NCBI GenBank assembly: GCA_964550395.1 | Contig: CAZJYW010000001.1 | Location: 1 to 45,659 of the forward strand | Direction: 5' to 3' | From: an uncultured Candidatus Saccharibacteria bacterium | GTDB taxonomy: Bacteria > Patescibacteriota > Minisyncoccia > Minisyncoccales > CAZJYW01 | Length of the DNA: 45,659 bases | Shown here: positions 8,773-18,533 of the stretch, in pieces | Layout: every line of letters starts with the position of its first letter | How positions within the stretch are numbered: position 1 is the stretch's first letter | Position numbers and translations under genes: made by a program | The notes under the pieces: model-generated | Database searches by the model: none | Seen by the model: only the letters and a program-made list of their open reading frames with translations | What the model was told of the DNA's origin: nothing

Positions 8773-9720
8773 GTGAATCTCAAGAAAATTTTTGACCAGT
8801 TCAATATTCCAGCTCAGTGTAAAAAATATGGCCTTCCACTTTGGCAATGTCCTCATTTCCTTTTTTTGATAATGGGGATAATTATTATTGTCTCAACCTT
8901 GGTTGCCTATGCCGTTGGTAACCGTTATGTTGAAGACCCTCAGGCAGTAGCCTTGATTGTTCTTTTAGTAACGGCAATTTTATTTACGATTGCCGTAATT
9001 ATTACCCGGAGTTTTGAAAGATTAGCTGAAGCTAATCGGATGAAGTCAGAGTTTATTAGTATTGTTTCTCATCAACTTCGTTCTCCTCTTTCTAATCTGA
9101 GATGGGCGATTGAATTATTAATTTCCGGAAGGGTCAATGGGGTTAGTGAAAAACAGCTAGAATATTTCAAAATTTTAAAAGAAAATAGTGCCAGGATGAG
9201 AGAGTTAGTCTCCGATTTATTAATCGTTTCCAGAATTGAAACGGCAAAACTCCCCTTAAAGAAAAAAGAAATTTCTTTAGAAGATTTGGTCAGGAAAATA
9301 ATTGAAGAACTTGAGGTCTTAGCTAAGGCTTCCAACGTTAAAGTAGAATTTGGGGTCAAAGAAAATTTATCAAAAGTTTTTGTTGACCCTTCGCGAATTC
9401 GATTAGTGATTGAGAATCTTTTGGATAATGCCATTCGTTACATTAAAGAAAAAGGCCAGGTTGAGATAAAATTGGAGAAAATTGACAAATATTGCCGTTT
9501 TGAAATTAAAGATACCGGGGTTGGAATTCCTAAAGAGGATCAAAAATATATTTTTCAAAAATTTTTTCGTTCAGAAAATGTGATGAGATATCAAACTCAA
9601 GGTTCGGGCCTGGGTTTATATATCGCTAAATCAGTCGTCGAAAAATCAGGGGGAAAGATTGGATTCAAAAGCCAAGAAGGTATTGGGTCGACTTTCTGGT
9701 TTACTTTACCAATAAAATAA
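8773..9720 (+). CDS. Sensor histidine kinase (two TM helices, HisKA plus HATPase_c)
   Basis: H-box SHQLRSPLSNL, N-box DNAIRY, G1 DTGVGI, G2 GSGLGL. The annotated start is GTG. Confidence 0.88.
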   Translation: MNLKKIFDQFNIPAQCKKYGLPLWQCPHFLFLIMGIIIIVSTLVAYAVGNRYVEDPQAVALIVLLVTAILFTIAVIITRSFERLAEANRMKSEFISIVSHQLRSPLSNLRWAIELLISGRVNGVSEKQLEYFKILKENSARMRELVSDLLIVSRIETAKLPLKKKEISLEDLVRKIIEELEVLAKASNVKVEFGVKENLSKVFVDPSRIRLVIENLLDNAIRYIKEKGQVEIKLEKIDKYCRFEIKDTGVGIPKEDQKYIFQKFFRSENVMRYQTQGSGLGLYIAKSVVEKSGGKIGFKSQEGIGSTFWFTLPIK

Positions 9721-9737
9721 TTCTATTAGATATATCT

Positions 9738-10106
9738 ATGAAACGTATTTTGTTTGTTGAAGATGAATTTACTCTTCAAAAAACTTTTGGAGAAATTTTA
9801 AAACAGGAAGGTTACGAGATGGTTTCGGCTTTAGATGGGGAAATAGGTTTAAGGTTAGCTAAAACCAAAAAGCCAGATTTAATTTTGCTCGATTTGATTT
9901 TGCCTAAAGTCCATGGCTTTGAAGTTTTAAAGAAATTAAAAGAAGATATAGAAACTAAAGATATCCCAGTGATTGTTTTGACCAATCTCGAGGGAATAGG
10001 AGACGTAGAAAAAGCGATTGAGCTAGGAGCAACTACTTATTTGGTTAAGGCCAGTTATTCTTTAGAAGAAATAATAGAAAAAATAAAAAAAGCCCTCGGT
10101 GAATAA
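9738..10106 (+). CDS. Receiver-only (CheY-like) response regulator
   Basis: 122 aa with receiver signatures (VEDE..., PDLILLDLILP, TNL, K near the C-terminus) and no output domain. Confidence 0.88.
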   Translation: MKRILFVEDEFTLQKTFGEILKQEGYEMVSALDGEIGLRLAKTKKPDLILLDLILPKVHGFEVLKKLKEDIETKDIPVIVLTNLEGIGDVEKAIELGATTYLVKASYSLEEIIEKIKKALGE

Positions 10107-10112
10107 ATTTAT

Positions 10113-11864
10113 ATGAAAGTAGACCCGGGACAACTAAGAGCCTTTCTTTTAGACGCTGGTTTAGTAACCGAGAAACAATTTGACGAGGCTCAAAAAAAAG
10201 CAGAGGAAACCAAACAAAAAGTTGGTGATGTTTTGATTTCTGAAGGCCTAATTTCCCAAGAAGAACTAATTAAACTCGAAGCCTATATTTTGGGAATTCC
10301 TTTTGTAGATTTAGAAAAAGAAATTGTTCCGCCGGAAGCTCTGAAAATTATTCCTGAACCCATTGCTCGTTCTCATAATATCGTTGCTTTCAGAAAAAAG
10401 GGAAACGATTTAGAGGTAGCCATGTTAGATCCTGAAGACTTAAGAACAATTGAGTTTATTAAAAAGAAGGAACCTGGATTAAAAATTTTACCAAGGCTAA
10501 CTACTCCGGAATCAATCAAAAATGTCTTAAGACAATATCAAAAAACTCTTGAGGCTGAGTTTGGAGAAATTATCAAAAAAGAAGCTAAGGGGATTAAAAT
10601 TATCAGTGAAAAGGGAGTAGTAGAAGAAAAAGAGGAACTTAAAAAAATAGCTGGGGAGATTCCAATAATCAGGATTGTTGATACTTTAATGAAGCACGCC
10701 ATTTTAGAGAGAGCTTCCGACATCCATATTGAACCCCTGGAAAAAGAAGTAATAGTTAGATATCGAATTGATGGAATTTTGCATGATACGATGACTTTGC
10801 CCAAAACAGCGGCTTCTGGAATTGTAGCCAGGATAAAGGTTTTATCAAATTTAAAATTAGACGAACATCGACTTCCCCAAGATGGAAGATTTAAAATTGA
10901 AACTGAGGAATATCGATATTCGATTCGAGTTTCAATTTTACCAGTTTTTGATGGAGAAAAAATTGTGATGCGGCTTTTATCTGAGACCTCTAAAGCCCAT
11001 ACCTTAGAAGGCTTAGGTTTTATGGGAGATGCTTTGGAAAGAGTTCAGGACAATTTAAGAAAGCCAGTAGGGATGATTTTAATAACTGGACCTACTGGCT
11101 GCGGGAAAACTACCACTCTTTATGCCATGATGGAAATTTTGAATATTCCTGGAGTAAATATTTCTACAGTAGAAGACCCAGTTGAATACCGAATGCCCAG
11201 AATTAATCAAACTCAGGTTAGACCAAAAATTGGATTAACTTTTGCCTCAGGGCTTAGAGCTTTGGTTAGACAAGACCCAGATATTATTATGGTGGGGGAA
11301 ATTAGAGATAATGAAACAGCTGGTTTAGCTATTAATGCTGCCTTAACCGGTCACTTAGTTTTGTCTACTTTACACACTACTGATGCGGCTGGGGCCATTC
11401 CTAGATTGATTGACATGAAAGCCGAGCCATTTTTAATTTCCTCCACTTTAAATTTAATTTTAGCCCAGCGATTAGTGAGACGGTTTTGCAACGAAAAAGA
11501 AAAATATACTTTAACTGATTCTGAAATAAAAAATTTAAAAAAATATTGCGACCCAGACAGAATTCTGAAGATTCTAAAGGAGGAAAAAATAATAAAACCA
11601 AAAGAAAGTTTCCGAGACATCGGATTCTATCGGCCCAAACCATCTAAAGAATGTCCTGAGGGATATAAGGGCAGAATTGGAATTTACGAATCCTTACCAG
11701 TTACTGAAACCATCAAGGAATTAATTGTTAAAAGAGCAACTTCTTACCAAATCACCGCTCAAGCCCAAAAAGAGGGAATGAGAGCTATGATTGAAGATGG
11801 TTTCGTTAAGGCAGCCCAAGGGATAACCAGTATTGAGGAGGTATTAAGAGTAATCATTGAATAG
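10113..11864 (+). CDS. pilB: Type IV pilus assembly ATPase PilB (GspE family)
   Basis: N-terminal T2SSE_N-like domain, Walker A GPTGCGKTTT, GspE-type Asp and His boxes (MVGEIRD, TGHLVLSTLHT). Confidence 0.92.
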   Translation: MKVDPGQLRAFLLDAGLVTEKQFDEAQKKAEETKQKVGDVLISEGLISQEELIKLEAYILGIPFVDLEKEIVPPEALKIIPEPIARSHNIVAFRKKGNDLEVAMLDPEDLRTIEFIKKKEPGLKILPRLTTPESIKNVLRQYQKTLEAEFGEIIKKEAKGIKIISEKGVVEEKEELKKIAGEIPIIRIVDTLMKHAILERASDIHIEPLEKEVIVRYRIDGILHDTMTLPKTAASGIVARIKVLSNLKLDEHRLPQDGRFKIETEEYRYSIRVSILPVFDGEKIVMRLLSETSKAHTLEGLGFMGDALERVQDNLRKPVGMILITGPTGCGKTTTLYAMMEILNIPGVNISTVEDPVEYRMPRINQTQVRPKIGLTFASGLRALVRQDPDIIMVGEIRDNETAGLAINAALTGHLVLSTLHTTDAAGAIPRLIDMKAEPFLISSTLNLILAQRLVRRFCNEKEKYTLTDSEIKNLKKYCDPDRILKILKEEKIIKPKESFRDIGFYRPKPSKECPEGYKGRIGIYESLPVTETIKELIVKRATSYQITAQAQKEGMRAMIEDGFVKAAQGITSIEEVLRVIIE

Positions 11865-11929
11865 CCGAGCCACCGAAGGTGGCGAAGGCTGGAGATGAAG
11901 GCAAACCCGAAGGGGCAAACTTCATCGAC
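11864..11929 (+). repeat. GC-rich two-hairpin repeat element, copy A (pilB-pilC intergenic)
   Basis: GCCGAGCCACCGAAGGTGGCGAAGGCTGGAGATGAAGG...CTTCATCGAC. Hairpin 1 is GCCACC-GAA-GGTGGC and hairpin 2 has the stem GATGAAG/CTTCATC. It matches 38578-38630 and the reverse complement of 24243-24301. Confidence 0.85.
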
Positions 11930-11933
11930 TAAA

Positions 11934-13151
11934 ATGCCACGCTATTTTTATACTGCCAAATCTCTTAAGGGGGAAAGTAAAACCGGTAGTTTAGTGGCCA
12001 AAAATGAGCCCCAATTAGCAAAAAAACTGCGAGAACAGGGTTTTCTTTTAATTAAAGCTAAAACTGAAAAAGAAACTAAGAAAAGAAAATTAGAAATCTC
12101 CCTTCCCTTTTTTGGAGGGGTTTCTTTAACTGAGAAAATATTTTTCATTAGAAATTTACGGGTAATGCTATCCTCAGGTCTTTCCTTGCCCCGAGCCCTC
12201 CATATTTTAGCTGACCAATCGAAAAGTAAGAAGTTTAAAAGCGCTTTATTAGATATCAGAGAAGAAATTACTAAAGGAAAAAGTTTTTCTGAATCATTAA
12301 GTAAATATCCTAATATTTTCTCTGAACTTTTTTTTAACATGGTAAAAGTAGGGGAGGAAGCCGGAACCTTAGAGGAAGTTTTAAAAATCCTCTCTGAACA
12401 GATGGAGAGAGAGCACGAACTATTATCAGAAATAAAAGGGGCATTGATTTACCCAGCAGTAATTATAGTGGCAATGATTGGGATTGGAATTTTAATGCTG
12501 GTGATGGTTGTTCCCCAATTAGCCGCAACTTTTGAAGAGCTAAATGTTGAACTTCCCGCTACTACCAAATTAGTAATTGGTTTAGGTGCTTTTTTAGTTG
12601 AGAAATTGTACTTAGTTATTTTAATCTTTATTTTTCTTATCTTTATTTTCTTGAGAGTGCAAAAGACAAAAAATGGGAAAGCAGCCATAGATGCTCTTTT
12701 ATTAAAAATCCCCATTATTTCTCCAATTATCAGAAAAACTAATTCGGCCTCTACGGTTAGAACTTTAAGTTCTCTCATTTCTTCGGGGGTGCCCATTGTT
12801 AGGTCTTTGGAAATTATTTCTGGAACTTTAAGTAATATTTATTTTAAGGAAGCGATGAAGGAAGCAGCTAAAAAGGTTAGAAAGGGAGAAAAATTGTCTG
12901 AGGCTCTTAAACCTTATCAAAATATTTATCCTTTGATTGTTATTCAAATGATTGCGGTAGGAGAGGAAACTGGTGAAACTTCCAACATTTTAGCCAAATT
13001 AGCTGCTTTTTTTGAAGAAGAAGTAAGGAGAATTACTAAAAATTTAACGGCAGTCATTGAACCAGTAATAATGTTAATCATTGGAGCAGCAGTTGGTTTT
13101 TTTGCCATCTCCATGGTTCAGCCAATGTATAGTATGCTGGGAGGACTATAA
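11934..13151 (+). CDS. pilC: Type IV pilus platform protein PilC (GspF family)
   Basis: Two GspF repeats and three TM segments. The ORF-track start at 11895 lies inside the repeat element, so the ATG at 11934 (MPRYFYTAKS) is more plausible. Confidence 0.88.
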   Translation: MPRYFYTAKSLKGESKTGSLVAKNEPQLAKKLREQGFLLIKAKTEKETKKRKLEISLPFFGGVSLTEKIFFIRNLRVMLSSGLSLPRALHILADQSKSKKFKSALLDIREEITKGKSFSESLSKYPNIFSELFFNMVKVGEEAGTLEEVLKILSEQMEREHELLSEIKGALIYPAVIIVAMIGIGILMLVMVVPQLAATFEELNVELPATTKLVIGLGAFLVEKLYLVILIFIFLIFIFLRVQKTKNGKAAIDALLLKIPIISPIIRKTNSASTVRTLSSLISSGVPIVRSLEIISGTLSNIYFKEAMKEAAKKVRKGEKLSEALKPYQNIYPLIVIQMIAVGEETGETSNILAKLAAFFEEEVRRITKNLTAVIEPVIMLIIGAAVGFFAISMVQPMYSMLGGL

Positions 13152-13154
13152 AAC

Positions 13155-14942
13155 ATGTTACAAATGAAGGGTTTTACATTTATTGATATTTTAGTAGGCA
13201 CAGCTCTAATGCTGATTGTTTTTTTAGGAATTTTTGGCGCTTATCAATTAGGATTAAAAGTAGTCAGTGAGTCTAGGGAAAAAATTACCACTACCGCCTT
13301 AGCCAATCAAAGATTAGAAGAAGCCAGAAATCTCCCCTATCAAAAGGTGGGGATAGAAGGGATAGACGAAAACGGAGCTCTGCCAGCAATCGAATATTAT
13401 CCACCAGATACTCAAAAATATACCATTACCACTGATGTTGATTGTAAAAATAATCCAGCAGATATCGATGACACTTGCCTTTGCGACTACAAAACTATAA
13501 CTGTTACCGTCTCTTGGGTTGGTAGATTTTTAGGGAGTGTCAGTTTAGCTACAGATATTGCTCCTAAAAATGACGTTCAGGAGTGCGAAAGACAGGGGGG
13601 AGTACTCGACGTATCAGTTTTCAATGCCCAAGGAATAGGAGTAGCTAATAGCCAGGTAGAGGTGGAAGATATTAATACTGGCGTTTTTGAATACTGCACT
13701 ACTGATTTAAATGGAGAATGCATCGGGGAAAGAGGTATTTTTTTAAACACTTCTTCCGAAGCAGAAAATTATAAGATTACCGTTAGCAAATCTGGATACA
13801 GCAGTGAGCAAACTTTTAAATCCGGCGACACTTACGATTCAAAAATTATCGCTGATCCCGAAAGACCCAACACCACCGTTTTAGAAGGTAAAATTACTGA
13901 AAAGAGTTTTTCTATAGATATTCTTGGCACTTTTTCGATAGAAACCAAATCTTCCCGGGGAAAAAAGAGCTTTGATGATGAATTTAACAATCTGAGCAAG
14001 ATTTCAGATTACTCCAATATTTCCCTAAGCGAAGGAGAGGTAACCTTAGCCAAAACCAACGGAGATTATCTAAATTCAGGTTATCTCGTTTCTACCGATA
14101 TCACTTCTCCTGATTTGCAAGGCTGGAATCAATTTAGCTGGATAGAGTCGAATCCTCCAAATACCCAAATCGTTTATCAAATTTTATATTTTGACAGCCA
14201 GGATGAAATTTGGGTTTTAATCCCCGATAGTGACTTAAATGGAAATTCAACTGGCCTTGGTCCTTCCCCGGTAGATTTGTCTAGTTTAGACCAAACTGTT
14301 TATAATCCCTTAAGAGTCAAAGCCATTCTCTCCACTGCTGATTCTTCTCTAACCCCCAGGCTTTTAGAGTGGCATATTTCTTACTTCACCCGGGTAGCCC
14401 AACCAATTACCTCCAGTTTTGTTCTTCGGGGAGGGAAAATAGTCGGTACTGATGCCGCTGAAGCTCCAATTTATAAATATCTTTCTACCAATCAGACCAT
14501 AGACAAATCCGGTAGCATTTCTGGTTTGGAGTGGGACACTTATAATTTTTCTAATTTTACTATTAGTGGGGAAGGAGTGGAGACAGAAGAAGCCATTCCT
14601 GGTCAGATTTTGCCAGATGGCAGTCTTTCGGTAAATCTTTTTCCCGATACCAACCAACCCCTCGCTTTATATTTAGCAACTGAAAACACCCTTTTGGTAA
14701 AGGCGAAAGACTCCGAGAGTTTGGGGCCTGTATTTAGTGCCCAAGTCCGTCTTTACAATACCAGCCTGGACTACGATAAAACCCAACCGACCGACCAGAA
14801 TGGAGAAACTTTCTTCGTTCCTTTGGAAGAGGTTACTTACAACTTAGAAGTCACCGCCGAAGGATATGAAAGTTATGAAGACCAGGTTTGGGTTTCTGGA
14901 GATACCACTTGCACTATTAATTTAATTCTTTCTCCCAGCTAA
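13155..14942 (+). CDS. Large pilin-like protein (595 aa) with prepilin-type N-terminal motif
   Basis: N-terminus MLQMKG/FTFIDILVGTALMLIVFLGIFGAY follows the class III signal pattern G/FTxI(E/D) plus a hydrophobic helix. The large C-terminal region includes CarboxypepD_reg-like beta-sandwich stretches. Confidence 0.7.
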   Translation: MLQMKGFTFIDILVGTALMLIVFLGIFGAYQLGLKVVSESREKITTTALANQRLEEARNLPYQKVGIEGIDENGALPAIEYYPPDTQKYTITTDVDCKNNPADIDDTCLCDYKTITVTVSWVGRFLGSVSLATDIAPKNDVQECERQGGVLDVSVFNAQGIGVANSQVEVEDINTGVFEYCTTDLNGECIGERGIFLNTSSEAENYKITVSKSGYSSEQTFKSGDTYDSKIIADPERPNTTVLEGKITEKSFSIDILGTFSIETKSSRGKKSFDDEFNNLSKISDYSNISLSEGEVTLAKTNGDYLNSGYLVSTDITSPDLQGWNQFSWIESNPPNTQIVYQILYFDSQDEIWVLIPDSDLNGNSTGLGPSPVDLSSLDQTVYNPLRVKAILSTADSSLTPRLLEWHISYFTRVAQPITSSFVLRGGKIVGTDAAEAPIYKYLSTNQTIDKSGSISGLEWDTYNFSNFTISGEGVETEEAIPGQILPDGSLSVNLFPDTNQPLALYLATENTLLVKAKDSESLGPVFSAQVRLYNTSLDYDKTQPTDQNGETFFVPLEEVTYNLEVTAEGYESYEDQVWVSGDTTCTINLILSPS

Positions 14943-14945
14943 AAA

Positions 14946-15941
14946 ATGAAAAACAGTTTCACCTTGATTGAAACCGTAGTCACTGTTTTTATTTTTGCTT
15001 TGGCAATGGGAGCAATATCTGGTTTAGTTATAATGGGTTACCGAATCCACAGTTTTACCTGGCAGGAAGCGACAGCTATTGGCGAAGCCAGAAAAGGGAT
15101 AGAGAGTATGATAAAAGAAATCAGGGAGGCCAGGGTGGGAGATGATGGAGCTTATATTATCGAAAAGGCTGAGGACTATGAGTTCATCTTTTATTCAGAT
15201 ATTGATAAAGATGAAGCAGTGGAAAGAGTAAGATATTTTATCAAGCCAGCCGGCGGGGGAAGTGATTCCCGAACTGAGCAGTGTGTAAGTTTTAGTAACG
15301 GTGGGAGTTGCAGTGTTTCTTTTTTTGATTTTCTTGGAGAAACTTTAGAGCTAGCCCAGCTAAAGGTCAGCGTTGAGGGAGATTTAAATTCTAGCAATGA
15401 AACAGTAAGTATTTACGCTGATGGAGTGAAACTCGGCACTCTTTGTACTGGCTCAGATTGTGGTCAGTGTGTTGGTTTCTGGCAGGATTTAACTATTTTT
15501 GATGTCACTGACTTGGCCAGCGATAATAATATCCAATTTACTGCTTCTGCTTCCGGTGGAGTTGGTGCTTTTTGCAATTGGCAAGAAATTAATCATTCAA
15601 TCAAAGCCAAATTTGAATTTAACTGGGTTGAAACCTCTGAGGTTGAGACTAAAGCGATTTTCAAAAAAGGGTTAATTAACCCCACCAGTTGGCCGATTGA
15701 ATATCTCTCAGCGAACGAAGAAATTTTTATTATCTCAGAAAATATTCAAAATGAAGATAGGGCAGAACCAGTGTTTACTTATTACGATGGTGATAATAAT
15801 CCTGTCCAACCTGAAGATAGGTTAGAAAAAACTAGCCGGATACATTTAAGCTTAATCGTCAATATCGATCCAAAGCGGCTCCCACAGGATTTTAAATTGG
15901 AGTCAGATGTCCAAATTAGAAACCTTAAAACTAATCTTTAA
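14946..15941 (+). CDS. Pilin-like protein (331 aa) with prepilin N-terminal methylation motif
   Basis: MKNS/FTLIETVVTVFIFALAMGAISG matches the canonical FTLIE motif plus hydrophobic helix. Confidence 0.75.
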   Translation: MKNSFTLIETVVTVFIFALAMGAISGLVIMGYRIHSFTWQEATAIGEARKGIESMIKEIREARVGDDGAYIIEKAEDYEFIFYSDIDKDEAVERVRYFIKPAGGGSDSRTEQCVSFSNGGSCSVSFFDFLGETLELAQLKVSVEGDLNSSNETVSIYADGVKLGTLCTGSDCGQCVGFWQDLTIFDVTDLASDNNIQFTASASGGVGAFCNWQEINHSIKAKFEFNWVETSEVETKAIFKKGLINPTSWPIEYLSANEEIFIISENIQNEDRAEPVFTYYDGDNNPVQPEDRLEKTSRIHLSLIVNIDPKRLPQDFKLESDVQIRNLKTNL

Positions 15942-17372
15942 ATGAAAATCCAGAATAACCAAGGAATAATTACCACATACGTTTTAGTTTTTGGAACAAC
16001 ATTTTTACTTCTGTTTTCTGCTCTTTTAGGTTTTATTTTACTCCAGTTAAGACAATCTTCTCAAAGAATAGCTTGGAATGAAGCCTTACATATTGCCGAG
16101 GCTGGAATTGATTATTATCGTTGGCATCTTCGCCATTTTCCCAATGACCTTCAAGATGGTAATTATTGGTGTTGCTCCAGCCCTCCTTGTTCGGTTTGCG
16201 GACCTTACGAGCATTCCTATTCTGACCCAGAGGGTAAAGTGGTAGGTACATTCAACTTAGAAATTAATGGAAATGTTCAATGTGGCGAGGTTACGGCAGT
16301 GAGTTTAATTTCTACTGGTTGGACCGAGCAATATCCTGATATGGAAAGAAAAGTTAAAGTTAAATATGTTCGTCCTTCAGTGGCAGATTATGCTTATCTT
16401 TTAAATGAAAATGTTTGGGCTGGCTCCGACCGAGAAATAAAAGGTCCTTATCATTCCAATGGTGGAATAAGAATGGATGGAGGAAATAATGCCTTGGTCA
16501 CTTCAGCCAAAGAAACCTGGATTTGTACTCCTTCTTTTGGTTGTTCCCCTTCTCAAGAAAAACCAGGGGTATTTACCACCGCTAATGGGAATGAAGAACT
16601 TTTTCGATATCCAGTTCCCCCCTTTGATTTTGAGGGGATTACCATGGATTTGGCAGAAATTAAAGATTTAACCAAAAATCAAAGTCAGGGGATCTATCTT
16701 CCTCCTTCAGGGGAACAGGGATATTATGTTATATTAAATAAGGGAAGCATCGAAGTTTACAAAATTACTGATTTAGACCCAATTTATGCTTATAATTTGG
16801 AAGATGACTGGCATTGGGAGTATTCAGTAATTAACGAAAAAACTCTTTTGGGAAATTATCCTATTCTTAGTGATTGCAGCTTGGTGTTTGTTGAAGATAA
16901 TCTTTGGATAGAAGGTGAAGTCCAGGGAAAACTTACCGTAGTTTCGGCTGATTTAGAAACTCCCAACAAAGAAACCAACGTTTGGTTGACTGGAGATATT
17001 ACTTACGACGCTAAAGATGGCTCAGATGGTTTAGTTTTACTGGCCCAGCATAATAATTTAATTGCTTTGGAGGTTCCCGAATTAACGGAACTCCAAGGTA
17101 TCTATATTGCTCAAACTGGTCGTTTCGGAAGAAACCATTATGACTGTGACGATTATCCGGCCGATTGCCTAAAAGAATATTTAGAAATGTTTGGCTCAGT
17201 GGTGAGCAATGGCCGGGTGGGAACTCAATGGGTTTATTCTTGGGGAGGAATAGCTTCTGGGTTTGAAAACAGAGAAAATATTTACGATCCCAAACAAAGT
17301 TATAATCCTCCACCCTTTCTCCCCTATACCTCAGAAATTTTTGAATTTAAGGAATGGGAGGAAATTTATTAA
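15942..17372 (+). CDS. PilX-N-like pilus-associated protein (476 aa)
   Basis: N-terminal TM helix followed by ...QRIAWNEALHIAEAGIDYY, resembling PilX_N. It is tightly packed with the preceding pilin-like genes: its ATG directly follows the upstream stop codon. Confidence 0.5.
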   Translation: MKIQNNQGIITTYVLVFGTTFLLLFSALLGFILLQLRQSSQRIAWNEALHIAEAGIDYYRWHLRHFPNDLQDGNYWCCSSPPCSVCGPYEHSYSDPEGKVVGTFNLEINGNVQCGEVTAVSLISTGWTEQYPDMERKVKVKYVRPSVADYAYLLNENVWAGSDREIKGPYHSNGGIRMDGGNNALVTSAKETWICTPSFGCSPSQEKPGVFTTANGNEELFRYPVPPFDFEGITMDLAEIKDLTKNQSQGIYLPPSGEQGYYVILNKGSIEVYKITDLDPIYAYNLEDDWHWEYSVINEKTLLGNYPILSDCSLVFVEDNLWIEGEVQGKLTVVSADLETPNKETNVWLTGDITYDAKDGSDGLVLLAQHNNLIALEVPELTELQGIYIAQTGRFGRNHYDCDDYPADCLKEYLEMFGSVVSNGRVGTQWVYSWGGIASGFENRENIYDPKQSYNPPPFLPYTSEIFEFKEWEEIY

Positions 17373-17373
17373 T

Positions 17374-17445
17374 ATGTTCAATGAATTTTTAATTCATTTC
17401 ATATCTCATAAATCTTTAGATTTATTTCGATGTTAAAATTTCTTA
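17374..17445 (+). promoter_or_regulatory. Promoter/operator/start cassette, copy 1 (upstream of pilM)
   Basis: ATGTTCAATGAATTtttAATTCATTTCA...TTCGATGTTAAAATTT. It has the 8-bp perfect inverted repeat AATGAATT/AATTCATT and is about 85 percent identical by eye to 22751-22820, including the first four codons (MLKF). Confidence 0.55.
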
Positions 17446-18533
17446 CTCTAAAACCTGAATCATTCGGTTTGGACATTTCTGACATTTCTTTAAAAATTAT
17501 TAAGCTCAAAAAAAGAGGAAAATTTTTTGATTTGGCTTCGTTTAGAGAAGAAAAAATTAAACCAGGGATAATTAAAAAAGGAGAGATTAAAAAAGAAGAA
17601 GCTTTAGCAAAAATCATTAAAACTGCTCTTGCCAGGGTAAATGGAGAAAAACTTAAAACAAAATATGTAGTAGCTTCTTTGCCGGAAGAAAAAGCTTTTT
17701 TAGAAGTAATCCAGATGCCCAGAATGTCAGAGGAGGATTTAAAATCAGCGGTAATTTATGAAGCTGAAAATTATATTCCTTTGCCAATTGACCAAGTTTA
17801 TTTAGATTCTCAAATTGTCTCCCCGGACTATAACCATTCAGACCAATTCGACGTTTTAATTGCTGCTTTACCTAAAAAAATAGTTAATCCATATTTATCT
17901 GCTTTAAAGAAAGCCGGACTGCAGCCTTTAACTTTTGAAATTGAATCCCAGGCTATCAGCCGAGCTTTAATTAAAGATGAGGGTGCTACTTCTCCTTTTC
18001 TTTTAATTGATTTAGGAGCAACCAGAACCAGTTTCATTATTTTTTCTGGTTATTCTTTAAGGTTTACCTCTTCCATCCCGGTTTCTTCTCAAGGTTTTAC
18101 TGAGATTATTTCCAAAGCCTTGAAAATAAATCTAGCTGAGGCTGAGAAATTAAAAATAGAATACGGCCTTCAACCCGGGGGAAAAAGGGGTAAAGAAATT
18201 TTTGAAGCCTTAATTCCTGCTCTAACTGATTTAATTGAACAAATTAAAAAACATCTTATTTACTATCAGTCCCATGCTTCTCATGAGCACTTGCCTTCGA
18301 ATGGAAAAGGAGTAAAAAAAATTCTTCTGAGCGGAGGAGGAGCAAATTTAAAAAGGCTCCCCGAATTTCTTAGTAGCGCTTTAAAAATTCCAGTTGAAGT
18401 CGGAAATCCCTGGATAAATATTTTAGCTGACCCGTCAAAAGGGGTTTCAGAATTGCCATTGGAAAGGGCATTTGGTTATACTGCTGCCTTAGGCTTAGCA
18501 CTCCGGGGAATCAAAGAAAATAATTATTTGTAG
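17430..18533 (+). CDS. pilM: Type IV pilus assembly protein PilM (actin-like ATPase fold)
   Basis: 367 aa. PilM-like layout: GLDISDISLKII at the N-terminus, LIDLGATRTSF, and LSGGGANLKRLPEFL at the C-terminus. Confidence 0.85.
   Translation: MLKFLTLKPESFGLDISDISLKIIKLKKRGKFFDLASFREEKIKPGIIKKGEIKKEEALAKIIKTALARVNGEKLKTKYVVASLPEEKAFLEVIQMPRMSEEDLKSAVIYEAENYIPLPIDQVYLDSQIVSPDYNHSDQFDVLIAALPKKIVNPYLSALKKAGLQPLTFEIESQAISRALIKDEGATSPFLLIDLGATRTSFIIFSGYSLRFTSSIPVSSQGFTEIISKALKINLAEAEKLKIEYGLQPGGKRGKEIFEALIPALTDLIEQIKKHLIYYQSHASHEHLPSNGKGVKKILLSGGGANLKRLPEFLSSALKIPVEVGNPWINILADPSKGVSELPLERAFGYTAALGLALRGIKENNYL

Noticed and set aside
11895-11933. The ORF-track start of pilC at 11895 (MKANPKGQTSSTK...).
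   Set aside because: This ATG lies inside the repeat element (GGAGATGAAGG), and the same ATG-containing motif occurs in the non-coding copy at 38578-38630. The ATG at 11934 gives a normal PilC N-terminus.
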